Shown here: positions 40,280 through 54,523 of the stretch, piece after piece
Position numbering within the stretch: position 1 is the first letter of the stretch
Layout of the letters: each line of letters starts with the position of its first letter
Program-made: the position numbers and the translations under genes
The notes under the pieces: model-generated
Told to the model about the DNA's origin: nothing
The model's database searches: none
What the model saw: only the letters and a program-made list of their open reading frames with translations
NCBI RefSeq assembly: GCF_006345805.1
Contig: NC_043010.1
Span: 62,001-126,000 of the forward strand
Reading direction: 5' to 3'
From: Octopus sinensis
Taxonomy: Eukaryota
DNA length: 64,000 bases

Positions 40280-40990
40280 TACCTGCCTTTTATTCAGTCT
40301 TTAGTAGTTTTTCTGTGCCACATTGTAAATACTCGGCTAACTTTATTTACCATCTCTATACATTCTTCTACTGCTATTAAGCATCTCCCAGTCTGGTCTT
40401 TCCTAATTACAGTCGGTTGATATCTGCTTCGGATGTTGAGCTCCACATATTTTCAGCAACTTATTAGTTTTTTGTCAAATTTCTTTATTTGATTATTATT
40501 TCTCTTTATCACAGGTTTTGTAGGAGTTCCTTGAGGCCTGCATTGTGTGAGTTCCTGGACACTTGCTCATTCTAATGTCGACCCTCCAGTTTGTGGCCAA
40601 AGCTTACTCTTGCGCTGCCAATATAGTGTTCTCGGTCTCTTTCTTTAGAATTCCTTTCATCAGCCAATCCCACCTATTTTTTGTTATATGGAAATTCATT
40701 GTGTTCTCTCTTCTTGCGCCATTCTTCTTCATTTCTTTTTGTGTTTCTTCCTTCGTTTTTCCTGCTTTCAATACTCCCTCATTCCTAACTGTCACTAACA
40801 AGGTTTCCTTTCTTTGGGTTCGGTATCTCATTAAGCCTTCGAGTTCGAAACGCACGCAGTTTCCCACACTTATCAGTCCCTTTTCTCCATTCGCTCTCTT
40901 CGTGTATCGGCGATCGAGGTCTGCACGTGGATGATGGGCTCCATACATTATTAGGACCTTTCTTGACTTCCTGTCCATCTCCTTTAGCTT
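40280..40990 (-). mobile_element. Two degenerate post-RT fragments of R4/Dong-like RLE elements
   Basis: DRKSRKVLIMYGAHHPRADLDRRY..WDWLMKGILKKETENTILAAQE, and a second piece DKKTNKLLKICGAQHPKADINRL. Confidence 0.6.
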
Positions 40991-41199
40991 CTCTGTCCAG
41001 CTTTCAAACCAATATTTTGCTCACTCGCCAAAAGTGCTCTCTTTTTCTCTTTTCCTTCATGTCGTGGTGTTTGATTCCATCTGTGTGTGTGTGAATGTGA
41101 GTGAGAGAGAGAAGGAGTGTGTGTGTGGGGGGAGAGAGCATTGTAAACGATGAATGAAATGAACATGAAATAAAAAAAATCGTGTAAATAAAAGGATAT

Positions 41200-42100
41200 A
41201 AATGGAAGATCCCATATTAGAGAGTTGGCTTGCCGAAAATGCCATTGCTTCCCTTTCTTTATCCTTACCGAGACTCACCTGAACACCCACCCATATGGAC
41301 GCAGAGGTGAAAATAAAAGATTCACCATTGTTCGTGCGGATCGCACAGACCGAAATAAGGGAGGGACAGCCATCTTTATCCATGACTCCTTTTCACTTGA
41401 TGCCAAGGACATATTTTCCAATGGCTACTGTGAACGGTATCACTATACAACAAAGCCAAGGAATAACCATTGTTGGTCTTTACAGGCCTCCCAGGCACCT
41501 CTAAAGTACTTTGAAGAGTGCCTTAGCAAAGTCAAGTCCTTCCTTCGGAATTACCACTCCGGAAACATACTAGTGATGGGTGATGATTTTAACCTCCCTC
41601 ATGTTAACTGGCCCACAAATACTCTGAGTTAGGCAAGTGCTCTCATCAGATAGAGCAGCAGCAGAACTGCTCTTTAATCTAATGGATGAGTATTTCCTGA
41701 CTCAGCTATGCTCGAACCAACGAAACAGAATAAAACGATCTTGGATCTGGTATTGACCAATCCTCTAGCTACGTTCACAGTATTTCAGTCGAAAAAACTT
41801 TCCTCTCAGACCACGACATGGTACTCTGCAATCTTAATTCCCGACATATAAAAACCAAACCAGCCAATCCCACTCCATGGCACCCATTTGACAACATAAA
41901 CTTCCACAAAGCGGACTGGGGAACAATCAGAAAGGATCTGTCTTCCATCGACTGGTCTTTTACTCTCAATTCCTCTCATATTGAGACCGCATGGCAGCAC
42001 TTTGAAAACATTGTCACCTATACATGCTCTAAACACACTCCCACGAAATCTACTAACACAAACAGAAACCGGCTCCCTAAAAAGAAAAAAACACACATCA
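41200..42100 (+). mobile_element. CR1-like ORF2 APE endonuclease relic
   Basis: LTETHL, RADR..GGTAIFI, VGLYRPP, VMGDDFNLPHVNW, DLVLTN, DHDMV and NFHKADW across frames. Confidence 0.8.
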
Positions 42101-42514
42101 GGCGCATCCCTGTTGTTTTTCTGCTTCTCTCTACTCAGCCTGTCTGCAGAATGTTTACGAAAACGTGCTTTTAACGATATTACAATAATGAACTCAACTC
42201 TCCAAAGTAATAAATTCTTTCATAACGTTTCCATAAATGAGTCAAATGATTTGCCGTTGAACGAGATGGACACATTTCTGGAGGACTCAAACGGGAGAAT
42301 AGGTTGCATTACCTTTTGATAAATCATTGTAATTACAAACACACACACACACACAGGACAGTCATAATGGAACAGGCACATACACACTCAACACCCCCAC
42401 CCCCACGAGAGTGGTCGTATTTAAACAGACAGAAAGTCACTCACAAAAATTACTTCTTCTCATCCTGCTACTTCTACTACTGTAAAAGTCATTTAAAAAC
42501 ATTTGCTCGCTCAC

Positions 42515-42653
42515 CATCATCAATGCCTTGCTCTGTTCTGCACTGTACATTGAGACATGTCTGCTTCTGCCAGATACCAGTAAACGGTGAACACTTTGTG
42601 ATGACAGGTTTTGACTTGATGCCATTTCTGGATGCCGCATCGTTCTGGAAGAA
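42515..42653 (-). CDS. Adhesion-GPCR HRM-domain second exon (probably carries three 1-bp deletions)
   Basis: Acceptor atttattttttcag| and donor atg|gtgagc; phase 2 follows 44057. Restoring one base in each of three short runs gives ..CSPFTGIWQKPDMSQCYS.. (W..PD.S.C, the usual HRM end). The restoration is inference. Confidence 0.6.
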
Positions 42654-43437
42654 CTGAAAAAATAAATGTTAAATATTGTCAGTCGAGTTATTCATTCTGA
42701 GGAGAATTCATCAATCTCAGAGGAATATGAGAAACCTTCGAACTGGTCGTGATTTGAACTCATAATTTAGTGAAAGAGGATAATGGTGTCTTGCATTTGG
42801 GGGAGAAATCTATTATTTACTCCTGAACCCTATCCTCAAAACTAATGTCAGATATTTTCTAACTAGAGTTCAGATATAAAAACAATATTCCTGCATCTGT
42901 TTTTATTTACAATAATTTCTTGTTTTTATGATTATTCAATACAAGATTAGTTGGAACGGTGTAAGTGATGCAGAATTAAGGAGCCAAGTTGTTAGTTCAA
43001 GTTGAATGGGGGAATTAGTTGCTAATATATCGACGCCATAGACATCAGTAGCAACAGCGGCAGCAATGGATTTATGTATATTTTCCTACATATGCACAGA
43101 TTTGAGTAATTCCACCAGTTGGTCTTGTCTTAAAACTAATAAAGCTCAGCCTCTGGGAGGAACAATTTAGATGCTTAACCTGTGGAATGACGTGGTAGAA
43201 ATGAGAGAAGAGAGACCGTGTTACATAGTCTGTGATGAGTGAAATCCCAGGATGACCATCATGTACTAGCAAGATATATAGCTCTACAGTAATCATAAAT
43301 TTGAATAAATAATATTAGCCTGAAACCAACAGAATCACTGATAGATTCTATTAACTGTATCTAGGTATGTGCTTTCTTTGCTACAATTATTTTGTGAAAT
43401 TCTGGAACTTACAAGAATCTTTAAATCTTTGAATAAT

Positions 43438-43850
43438 GCTGATTTCAAATTTTGGCACAAGACCAGCTATTTGGGGCGGGGGTAGTTCGATTACATAGAC
43501 CCCAGTGTTTAATTGGTACTTATTTTATCGATCCCGAAAGGATGAAGGACAAAGTCGACCCTGGTGGCATTTGATCTCAGAATGTAAAGTCGGAATGAAT
43601 GCTGCTAAGCATTTTGTCCGGCATGGTAACGATTCTGCCAGCTCAGCACCATAAAGCTTTGTCTAATATTGGTTTCAAATTTTGGCACAAGGCCACCAAT
43701 TTCAGGGGAAGGGATAAGTCGTTTACACCAACCCCAGTGCTCAATTGGTATTTATTTCATCGACCCGAAAAAATTGAAGGCAAAGTCGACCGTAGCAGAA
43801 TTTGAACTCAGAACATAAAAACGAATGAAATGAAAGCTTTGTATAATATT
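43438..43850 (-). mobile_element. Two tandem SINE fragments
   Basis: gatttcaaattttggcacaag..gaccccagtg..aaagtcgacc..tttgaactcagaa occurs twice. Confidence 0.8.
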
Positions 43851-44056
43851 GGCGACAAAGTAAATCTAGGCTAAATTATATCAAATAATGTATAAAATGC
43901 AAAAATGCTGGGACAAGAGATTGCAACCGATAGACGTTTAATTCTATCTTGTTAATCTATAAAGCTGTTATTTGCTCTACCAAGTAACATTCTCTCACAA
44001 TACGATGACGCTGAAAACTTCAAACTTTGAGTAGAAATAAATCAATACAAACGAAC

Positions 44057-44171
44057 CAATGCCTGGTGGCTACATTTCCATGACATGGGATCTCCGCAGT
44101 AGTTCCTATTTTTGTCATTGGCCAAGAGAAAGCTCGATTGTTAGTTGATGTTGTGCTTTCATCACAAACCA
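44057..44171 (-). CDS. Adhesion-GPCR hormone-receptor (HRM) domain exon
   Basis: Acceptor ttttgcttctttttcag| and donor tg|gttcgt, 115 nt. Translation VCDESTTSTNNRAFSWPMTKIGTTAEIPCHGNVATRHC fits C..WP.T..G....PC....A.R.C. Confidence 0.85.
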
Positions 44172-44206
44172 CTGAAAAAGAAGCAAAATATGGATATGAG
44201 AGAAGT

Positions 44207-44220
44207 CAGTAGTAGTAGTA

Positions 44221-44255
<35 letters not shown>

Positions 44256-44305
44256 TAGTAGTAGTAGCAGCAGCAGCAGCAGCAGCAGCAACAGCAGTAG
44301 TAGTT
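44207..44305. repeat. (TAG)n/(CAG)n trinucleotide repeat
   Basis: Direct inspection of the sequence. Confidence 0.95.
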
Positions 44306-44765
44306 AATGTTGGAAATAAATTGTTTGGGTCACCTGCTGGCTGATTTGAGGACAATGATACATGAAGTATTGCAAACATATACGGAGAGCATATATATTT
44401 ATTCAAAATAGACAGATTCTATTCTAGTTTTCATTTAGTAGTTTGTAAGAGATAAATGATTTAGAATGAATTACAATCCCTTACAACACAAGGACCCCCA
44501 CCCCAACCAGGCTCCATGCAATTCTTGGAAGTGTAGTCTATTCTTAACTAAAATAGCGACAATATGAATTTCTCCATCTTGCTCTCTTAAAATATTTGAG
44601 AACAATTACATTAAAGTACCCTACTTATTAAAATTCTATTTCTTTATTTATGCAGGTGAACAAGGCATTGCATTTAAATTGATGTAATGTTTGTATTGTT
44701 CAATTAAATTTAGCCGCTTGAAACTGCATAACTACTTGATATCCTGTAGATTATATATATATTTA

Positions 44766-44803
<38 letters not shown>

Positions 44804-45649
44804 TTTATATATATTTCCTTATATATTCTTAAAAAATAATAAATAAAATAGAAATAGAGGTGTGTGCATATGTATATATATTTTTATATTTTCTCGAGCA
44901 ATATATAACTGGTTACGGGTTATGACTACTCAGAATGCTAGTCTGTTTCACGGCCTCTAGTGTTGAATTTCGTCATATATTGATCACTCTTTAGACCGGA
45001 AGCGCAAAACTTAATGTACGCTAGAATTAGGTAGATGTTATATTGATTTGGCGATGGTAAAATGAAATGAATGGAAACGAAGAGAAAATATATCATTGTT
45101 CGGCAATGGGATATGATTTGTTCCTCTCTTATATCTCTTAGACATTGTTTAAAGCGTATGAGCTGTGTGTGTATCTATCGTTTCTTATTCAAAAATTAAT
45201 AGGTTCACTTCAAACAAAATGAAATTCCGCTGAGGAAAATTATTTGCAGCATTAAATAGTTTCCTGTTTGAATTTAAGAAAGTACTGGAAATTGTTTGAA
45301 TTTTTTGGCCCATAGAGTCTGCATCTCTACTTCTATACAAAATTAGAAGACAACTTTTTTGCCCTCGGTTAATTGGTATAATTAAAAAGAAACTGAGCAA
45401 AGACAAACAGTTCCGTAGGGACAAGAAAAGGAAAAGTGCAAAATAAAATGCTGTTTTTTTTAAATTACCCAAGCTTTGAGAAAATGTAAATAAATAGTTG
45501 TGCGTGAGAGAGAGAGAGAGGGAAAGAGTCTGTGTGCTTGGTATCATCTACTGTGGTTGATGATGACGACAACGACGAAGAGGTTGGTGATTGATGAAGC
45601 TAATTATGACGGTAATGATGATAAAATTAATAAGAAACACGATACTTAC

Positions 45650-45804
45650 TTTCATCAAGGAATTTCATGTGGCTTTTCTTAACTCCTAAGTTAAGCAATG
45701 CCTGGGATTTGTTCAAAACTTGGGAGATATTGCGCCGCAGTTGACTTTCAGTCATTTCGCTAAATACAGTACAGTAAATAGCAAATATTTTATTTCTGTT
45801 GGAG
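45650..45804 (-). CDS. 155-nt ectodomain exon (SNRNKIFAIYCTVFSEMTESQLRRNISQVLNKSQALLNLGVKKSHMKFLDE), SEA-like
   Basis: Acceptor ttttttatttcag| and donor aaa|gtaagt. Open frame; phase 2-1 links 51581-51633 to the HRM exon at 44171. The SEA label is a pattern-level inference. Confidence 0.7.
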
Positions 45805-45896
45805 CTGAAATAAAAAATAAATACATACATGTATGTCGGTATGTATGTATGTATGTATGTATGTATGTAGCTAGCTAGCTAGAAATATACATACAT

Positions 45897-45955
<59 letters not shown>

Positions 45956-46470
45956 ATATATATATACATTCGTTTAAAAGCTGCCCTGTTAATCCTTGGG
46001 TCCAACAATGACACCATGCATTGAGTACATATTAAGTTTCATGAAACATGAATATTTCTCAAGCAATGAACAATTTTCATCAAAGCAATGATATAATTTG
46101 TCGACTCGGAACTTATTGCAAAGCTTCATGATAAACGACAGTACCACCACCATCACCACCATATCTGCCATACACACGCCATCCAGACTTCTGACGCCAT
46201 CACCATCAATACTTTTCATAACTTTCACCTCCACCACCATCATCACTGTCTTTCACATCGCTTTCTATCTCTATATTCAAATATAGCTCAGGATTGGATC
46301 ATCATAGCTAAAATAACCGCATTCAGTATGGTTGAGAACAGAATTAGTGAAGAAGGCTAGAACTACAAGCGGGTGACTAAAAGTTGGCCTTAAGAATATA
46401 TTCGTCCACTAAGAAATCCACATGAAGGTCTTCACTCCTTGCATAAATCTTTAAATACACTTTATATATG

Positions 46471-46504
<34 letters not shown>

Positions 46505-46532
46505 TATATATATATATATTATATATATATAT

Positions 46533-49500
46533 ATTTCGTGCCTTTCTGAGTTCTTCGAGTGACTTTGTAGAAGAGTCACTCTTGTATTGCACCAGAGCTG
46601 CACGCTTGCTTCGATAACTGGCTCCAGCTCTGAGAGCCCAGCATTGAACCATCTGGGTTTTGCCTTTCTCTCATGCCGAAAGTATCCAATGATGTCGTAT
46701 ACAAAGCTTCCCTGATATAGTCCCACCTACTTTCAGCAGAGAGGTTGGGCAGCTACTGAGGGCAACCTTGATAGAAGCAGCAAAACATTTTCGCAGTGTA
46801 GGGTCCGAGGTTTCTGGCGGTGTTGATGCGTGTCGGCCCCACTTTCTTGGAGCGATGGACTTTTTTTAGGGAGAATCCTCACCCTGCTTCTAATTAGTGA
46901 GTGGTCTGTGTCACAATCCGCACTGTGGTAACTGCGGGTCAACAGAGTGGAACTCAGAAAGGATCTCCGTGTAATGATGAGATCCAGCTGATGCCAGTGG
47001 TGAGATCTTGGATGTCTCCAGGATGCCTTGTGGGATGGCTTGCTGGAAAAAAAATGTGTTTGTGATGCACAGGTTGTGGTATGTGCAGAATTCGAGTAGT
47101 CTCTGACCATTGTCATTCATGTTGCCAATACCAAAGTGTCCAACACAAATGGGCCACGAATCATGGTCAGATCCCACGCGAGCGTTAAAATCCCCTAGAA
47201 GGTAGATATTTTCAGTCGTTGGTATATTTTCTAGGACACAGTTGAGATCTTTGTAGAACTGGTCCTTGGTCTCCTCTGAGCTGTAGAGAGTGGAGCATAG
47301 ATGCTGAGTAGATGTACTGAGCCAGAAGAAGTCGAGAGGCGCAGTGAGAGGATACGCTCAGTGCCCCGATGGTGGTTCTATTGGAGAGTAGTGAGTTTCT
47401 CACTGCAAAGCCAACGCCATGTTGACGATGTTCTCTGGATCTCTTCCCCCTGCCAAAAAGAGGTGAAGTCCTGCTCTTTGAGTTCTGCCGTTTGAGGGAA
47501 GTCTTGTCTCCTGCAGCCCAGCAATATCTTGTTGAGCCTCTTTAGTTCACGGTCAATGATGGCCGTTTTCCTTGTGTCTTCAATACTGAGAAGATCGTCA
47601 GATATTCCAGGACACATGGTCCTGACATTCCAGCTTGCCAACTGCAGAACTGGTGTTTTCTTGAATTTTAGTTGCTTGCCTGGTGCAGAGGTTGCAGGCC
47701 GCTTTTCGAGTCGTACTCTTAGCTCCAAGCACCCAATGGAACAGGCGGCTTGTGGCGGGTCAGCACCTTATTAACTGGGAACTGCCCAGCTTGAGGCACG
47801 AAATAAAACCCAACTGACAGTAAGATGCTGTGCAAATAGGTATTGGCAGGAAATCTGTCAGAGTATCCAGTCAGCTGCTGACAGGGGCGACACCCGTGTG
47901 TTGTATGCTGGTTTGAAGAAGGCCCTCGGTCCATCCGCAACCAAGTCAGCCCCTCTGAAATCAACTACTGGAGATCTCATCAGGGATCAAGGCAAGCAAA
48001 TGGATAGATGGGTGGAGCACTACCAGGATCTCTACTCACGGGAGACCACAGTGGCTGAGGCTGCAATCGAGAGTGTCAAGATCTTGCCAGTCATGTGCGA
48101 ACTGACAGTCCGCCATCTATAGGCAGAGCTCACCAAGGCTGTTGACTCCCTAGCAAGAAATAAGGCTCCGGAAAAGACGGCATCCCCTCAGAGATCATCA
48201 AAGCCGGCAAAAACACCATCCTGCTTCGGCACCTTCATGAGCTTCTGTGTCAGTGCTGGGAAGAGGGTACAGTCCCTCAGGATATGCGGGATGCCAACAT
48301 CATTACGCTCTACAAAAACAAAGGTGGACCGTGGTGATTGTAACAATTACCGTGGTATATCCCTTCTAAGCACTGTTGGAAAGACCTTTGCCCGCGTTAT
48401 CCTGGCCAGGCTACAACTACTTGCTTCTCGAATCTATCCGGAATCGCAGTGTGGCTTTAGAAGAAGCAGATCAACTATCGATATGATATTCTCCATACGC
48501 CAACTTCAGGAGAGTCCAGAGAGCAGAAAATGCCATTATATATGGCCTTCATTGATCTAACAAAGGCTTTTGACTCGGTAAGCAGAACAGGCCTCTCATC
48601 CTGCTCCAAAAAATCGGATGTCCACCAAAGCTGCTGAGGATCATCAAGTCTTTCCATGATGACATGCAAGGCACCATACAGCACAACGGTTCAACATCAG
48701 CCGCCTCCAAATAAAAAACGGGGTAAAGCAAGGCTGTGTCCTCGCTCTACATTGTTTGGCATCTTCTTCTCACTCTGCTGTCACATGCCTTTCAGACATC
48801 AGATGATGGAGTGTTTCTGCACAGTAGAAAGTGACGGGAAACTGTTCAATCTCTCGCGCCTGCGTGCCAAGACCAAAATCAGAAACGTCCTGATCAAGGA
48901 GATGTTATTTGCTGATGATGCCGCTCTGGTACAACACACAGAAGAAGCCCTCCAAAGGCTCATTAACTGTTTTGAGCAAGCATGTAACGACTTTGGCTTA
49001 GCTATCAGCCTTAAGAACCAACATCATGGCCCGGCTACATCGGACATTCCCAACATACATATTGGAGACCACAGATTACAAGAGGTGAGAAGTTTAACCT
49101 ATCTGGGCTCTACCGTCACCTACAACCTATCCCTTGACGCTGAGCTCAATATACGCATTGGCAAGGCAGCTGCTGCGATGGCCTAACTCTCCAAACGGGC
49201 TTGGGACACAATAAGCTGACCAAGACCACAAAAATGAAGATCTACCAGGCATGTGTACTCAGCACTCTCTACTGTATGGAAGCGAGACCCTGGACGCTAT
49301 ACACACGCCAAGAGCGTCGCCTAAAACATCTTTCACCTGCGCTGCCTCCGAAAAATCCTCCACATCAAATGGCAGAATCATATCACCAACAAAGATGTCC
49401 TCAGGCAAGCAGGAATACCAAGCATGTTTGCACTCCTCACACAAAGACGTATGAGATGGCTTGGGCATGTTAGCCGTATGAAGGATGGCAGAATCCCCAA

Positions 49501-49940
49501 GGACATACTCTACGGAGAGCTGCTAGGGGTAACTAGGTCTGTGGGTAGACCGATCTTACGTTACAAGGATGTTTGCAAAAGGGATATGAAGGCCTGCAAC
49601 ATCAACATTAGCGGTTGGGAGGCAGTCGCCGGCAACCGTGGAGAATGGCGACGTACAGTAAAGAGGGTATACAGAGGAGTGACAGAAAGAGAAAGGAGAA
49701 ATGGAAAGAAGGAAGAGACATAAACAAGAGACCATGGCACTACAACAACCGCCAGGAACAGTCTTCGCTACATTTGCAGTACCTGCCAGAGGGAGTGTTT
49801 GTCCAGGATAGGACTACACAGCCACAGCAAGAAATGTAACAGGAAATAAAAATATAACAGCCGGACTAGACCTAAAAAAAAAAAAAAAAAAAAAATGCGC
49901 TACTCCATTGTCTCCCGAGACAGAAAGGATGCCAACAACA
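46533..49940. mobile_element. RTE LINE (same family as 31485-35335) with a 5' inversion
   Basis: 46533-47795 is antisense (APE part) and 47795-49940 is sense (RT and 3' end ccattgtctcccgagac..gccaac). Many 1-bp indels; (TA)n flanks. Confidence 0.93.
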
Positions 49941-49983
49941 ATATATATATATATCTAAATAACACTTTTATATGTATATATAT

Positions 49984-50029
<46 letters not shown>

Positions 50030-50321
50030 ACATATATACCAATTACCTCGTTGGTTTTAAATTGTGTGTTAGCCACCTTAAATATTTTATAATCTTCACA
50101 TTGCCATTTTGTGAAATCAATCCCTAATTCCTATGGCATTCTAAAATGATACTGAGGGCGTGAGTTTCCTCCACCAGCCGTAATGGAGTGAGCATTGCTG
50201 ATGAGTATTAACTTCCTATAAGAAATTACCATGCTAATCTAATCCATCTGGCTTACCGTGGGGAATGTTCTCCCCACTGTCAATGCAAAGAGACCATGTC
50301 TTTTTGTGGCTAAGGAGTCTA

Positions 50322-50667
50322 AGGATAAGGTAAAGACCCCCTTCGGTCATGAATGATCATGGGATTGCACCTAGAAAGTTACCCTCCTAGACACAAGTCC
50401 GGGCAAGGTTGTTTATGGAAGACCAGCAGTCGCCCATGCATACCGGCCTCCCCCCTCCACGCCACCGGTGTTATCAAAGGAAAGAACAAAGGTCGATACA
50501 GCTTGGCACCTGTGACGTCGCAACTCATTTCTACAGTTGAGTGAACTGGAGCAACGTGAAATAAAGTGCCTTGCTCAAGAACACAACACGCAGCCCGTCC
50601 GGGATTCGAGCTCACAACCTCACGATCGTAAGCTCGGACGCTCTAACCACTGAGCCATGCGCCTTCA
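50322..50667 (-). mobile_element. Full-length tRNA-derived SINE with a 12-bp TSD
   Basis: Head gtgaaggcgcatggctcagtggttagagcg..tcgaatccc. CTAAGGAGTCTA occurs at 50310-50321 and 50668-50679. Confidence 0.92.
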
Positions 50668-50850
50668 CTAAGGAGTCTATGACTAATATTTCTAATAATG
50701 CTGGTGCTCACTGCACTCTTTTCACACTAGTGACTGTGAATTATTTTCCTTGTTGGTTTCAAATTGCCGATACCCACCTCAATTTAATAAATACACACCC
50801 ATATATGTGTGTATATATATATGTGTGTATATATGTGGGTGTAGCATATG

Positions 50851-50911
<61 letters not shown>

Positions 50912-51196
50912 TAACGACAATTTATAATAAAACATATGCATACATACATATATGTACATACCTACATCTATATGTATATATATACATGCATATATGAGTA
51001 CAGGATATCACAAATAAAAGTAGAACACAACGAGAAACGAAAACTTAAGATCAAACAAGGAAACAGACTTTTCCAACAACGAAAAAATAGAGTACAGACA
51101 AACAATACAAGGAAAATTCCCCTTCTTCAGTTGGCCCTGTTTCGACTCAATGCGTATGTATATACATATATATATATATATATAATTATATATATA

Positions 51197-51239
<43 letters not shown>

Positions 51240-51291
51240 ATATATATATATATATAATATATAGGTATGTATGTATGTATATATGCATATA

Positions 51292-51370
<79 letters not shown>

Positions 51371-51580
51371 TTCTCTCTGTATCTTTATATGGGTTTGTTT
51401 GTCCTTTGTATAATAAAACGTTGATAACACACTTAAACATTTCATTGAATGTATGAATTAGTATATTGTGGGTCACAAGTACAACACTATTGACTATTGT
51501 GACGTATATATGCGATTAAATCGAATGTTTGGAACAAAACCAAATAAATTTGAATAAATGTGTTAGATGCATCTGCTTAC

Positions 51581-51633
51581 CCACAGTCTTCAACTCTAAA
51601 TGTTCCCGTCACGGTTGAAAGGTCATGCGCCAT
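51581..51633 (-). CDS. 53-nt exon (MAHDLSTVTGTFRVEDCG), unit B copy
   Basis: Acceptor ggcttttgcag| and donor tgg|gtaagc; phase 0-2. Confidence 0.65.
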
Positions 51634-51659
51634 CTGCAAAAGCCGATGTGTATATATAT

Positions 51660-51726
<67 letters not shown>

Positions 51727-51859
51727 AATATAAGAGAGTGGTCAATATATTGCTCACTCTAGCACCAGTTAATCAAAAGGTTCAACCACGAAGATACATG
51801 TTTCCATGAAAGCCCCCTTATTAATTAATTAATATATATATATATATATATATTATATA

Positions 51860-52238
51860 TAGGTCCCGGGTTGAGTCGGGTTAACCACAGTAAATAAGTT
51901 ACTCAATACATAGCAGAGTAAATTAATTTATTATATAAAGGAGCTTCTACAGGACTAGAACTGTTTCATTCAAAAGAAATCATCAGGAAGCTAGTTGACA
52001 AGAGTTGTTTTGGCATTTATACATTTAGGCAGGTTTAAAGGGGTGGTGGTGGGGGACTTTTTGGGGGTAGGCATGGCGCAAAACTATCATTCTTAGGGGA
52101 GTGGTCGAAGGAAACGGTGGTAAAGTAGATAAAAGAATAAATAAAAGAATAAAAGAATAAATAGAAAAATAGAGTTTTAGGTAAATAAGGAGACTCTCAC
52201 TTATACATATACATATATATATACACCCACATATTCAT

Positions 52239-52283
<45 letters not shown>

Positions 52284-52685
52284 TATATATACATATATAT
52301 ATACATATACATGCACACACATGTCCATATACACACACATATATACACACATATGTGTACATATACATACACTCATATACACACACATATGCATACATAG
52401 ACATATACATATATACACATACACATACTTACACATACACACATACACCATATACACATGTACTCTATATGTACCCATATACATGTATCTACGTACAACG
52501 CCCATACCCATACTCATACATACACTTATATATGTCTACACACATATATATATATAACTATATAAATATATAAATATATAAATATATAAATAAGAGGGTA
52601 TAGACACCCCCATACACACACGCTCACATATCCATATCTGTATATATATATACAATATATATATATATATATATAATATATACAT

Positions 52686-52719
<34 letters not shown>

Positions 52720-54492
52720 ACACACCCATATACACATATATATACATACATACATACACATACAAACCCATACATATATCTACATATATACATATACATA
52801 TGTATATACATATATATACATATATACATACATATACATATATATATACACACTGGCACATATATATACATACACACACATACACATGCATATACATGCA
52901 CACACATACACACACATTTTATTTCCTTATTTAATTTATTATTGCCTTTGTTTAAATCTTTATTTTATCTTGAACTCGGTCAGCCATCCCGGCTGTCGTC
53001 CCAAGGGATAGTCTAAAGAGTCCATTTATCTTTCTATATATATATATATGTGTGTGTGGTGTGTGTATGCTTGTGTGTTTATGTATCTGTAGGTATGTAG
53101 AGTTATGTGTGTATGTATGGATGTATATATACATATGTGTAAATAGGTATATATGTGTATGTTTATATGTATGTATCCGTCTGTATAATGGGAACTGCAC
53201 GTATATATATTTATTATCTATTATTTGAGTATGCATGTATGTATATATGTATATGTCTGTAATGCATGTAGTATTATGTATATAAGGAGGCGCGTGTGTG
53301 GTGGTATGTGTATGCATATGTATAAACATATGTATAACATTTATGTATGTATTACTTATGTGTATATAGATGATGCGCGTGGTGTGTGTGGTGTGTATTG
53401 TACGCATATATATGTGTATATGTGTATGTATGTATATGTGTATGTATATGTATGTATATATATATGTATATATATGTATATAATATATTATACATATATA
53501 TATATATGTGTATGTATGTGTATGTATGTGTATATGTATATATGTATATGTGTATATATATTTATTAGAGTATATGTATGGACTAGTCTTCTGTGGGTGT
53601 ATTGAGGTATGTATGTGTATGCGTGTAGATATGAATCTGTAGGTACGTGTACGTATGTGTATATACGTGAATGTATGTATGTATGAATATAACACGTGCA
53701 TGTGTGTATTTGTATGAGTGTACGTGTGAGTGTGTGTGCGTGAGTGAGTGTTTGTGTTCGTATCAGTGAGTAGAAAGATAAATGGACTCTTTAGACTATC
53801 CCTTGGGACGACAGCCGGGATGGCTGACCGAGTTGAAGATAAAAATAAAGATTTAAACAAAGGCAATAATAAAATTAAAATAAGGGAATAAAAATGTGTG
53901 CGTGTATGTGTGTGCATGTATATGCATGTGTATGTGTGTGTATGTATATATATGTGCCAGTGTGTTATATATATATGTATATGTATGTATATATGTATAT
54001 ATATGTATATACATATGTATATGTATATATGTATATATATGTATGGGTTGGTATGTGTATGTATGTATATATAGTGTATATGGGTGTTGTTTATATATAT
54101 ATATATGTGTATGTATATGTATATATATATATATGTTATATATATACATATATATGGATATGTGAGCGTGTGTGTATGGGTGTGTATATACCCTCTTATT
54201 TATATATTTATATATTTATATATTTATATATATATATGTGTGTAGACATATATAAGTGTATGTATGAGTTGGGTATGGGCGTGTACGTAGATACATGTAT
54301 ATGGGTACATATGTACATGTGTATATGGGTGTATGTGTATGTGTAAGTATGTGTATGTGGTATATATGTATATGTCTATGTATGCATATATGTGTGTATA
54401 TGTGTGTATGTATATGTACACATATGTGTGTATATATGTGTGTGTATATGGACATGTGTGTGCATGTATATGTATATATATATGTATATATA

Positions 54493-54523
<31 letters not shown>

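Noticed and set aside
42146-42301. Plus-strand open segment with AG/GT edges (ECLRKRAFNDITIM..)
   Set aside because: No recognisable domain, weak donor and no partner exons.
42692-42756. CTGAGGA..GAAACC..GGTC possible hammerhead
   Set aside because: Stem II does not fold and stem I needs a bulge at the core junction.
51105-51150. gtcgaaac..ctgaagaagggg on the minus strand
   Set aside because: The core motifs are in the wrong order or spacing for any hammerhead topology.
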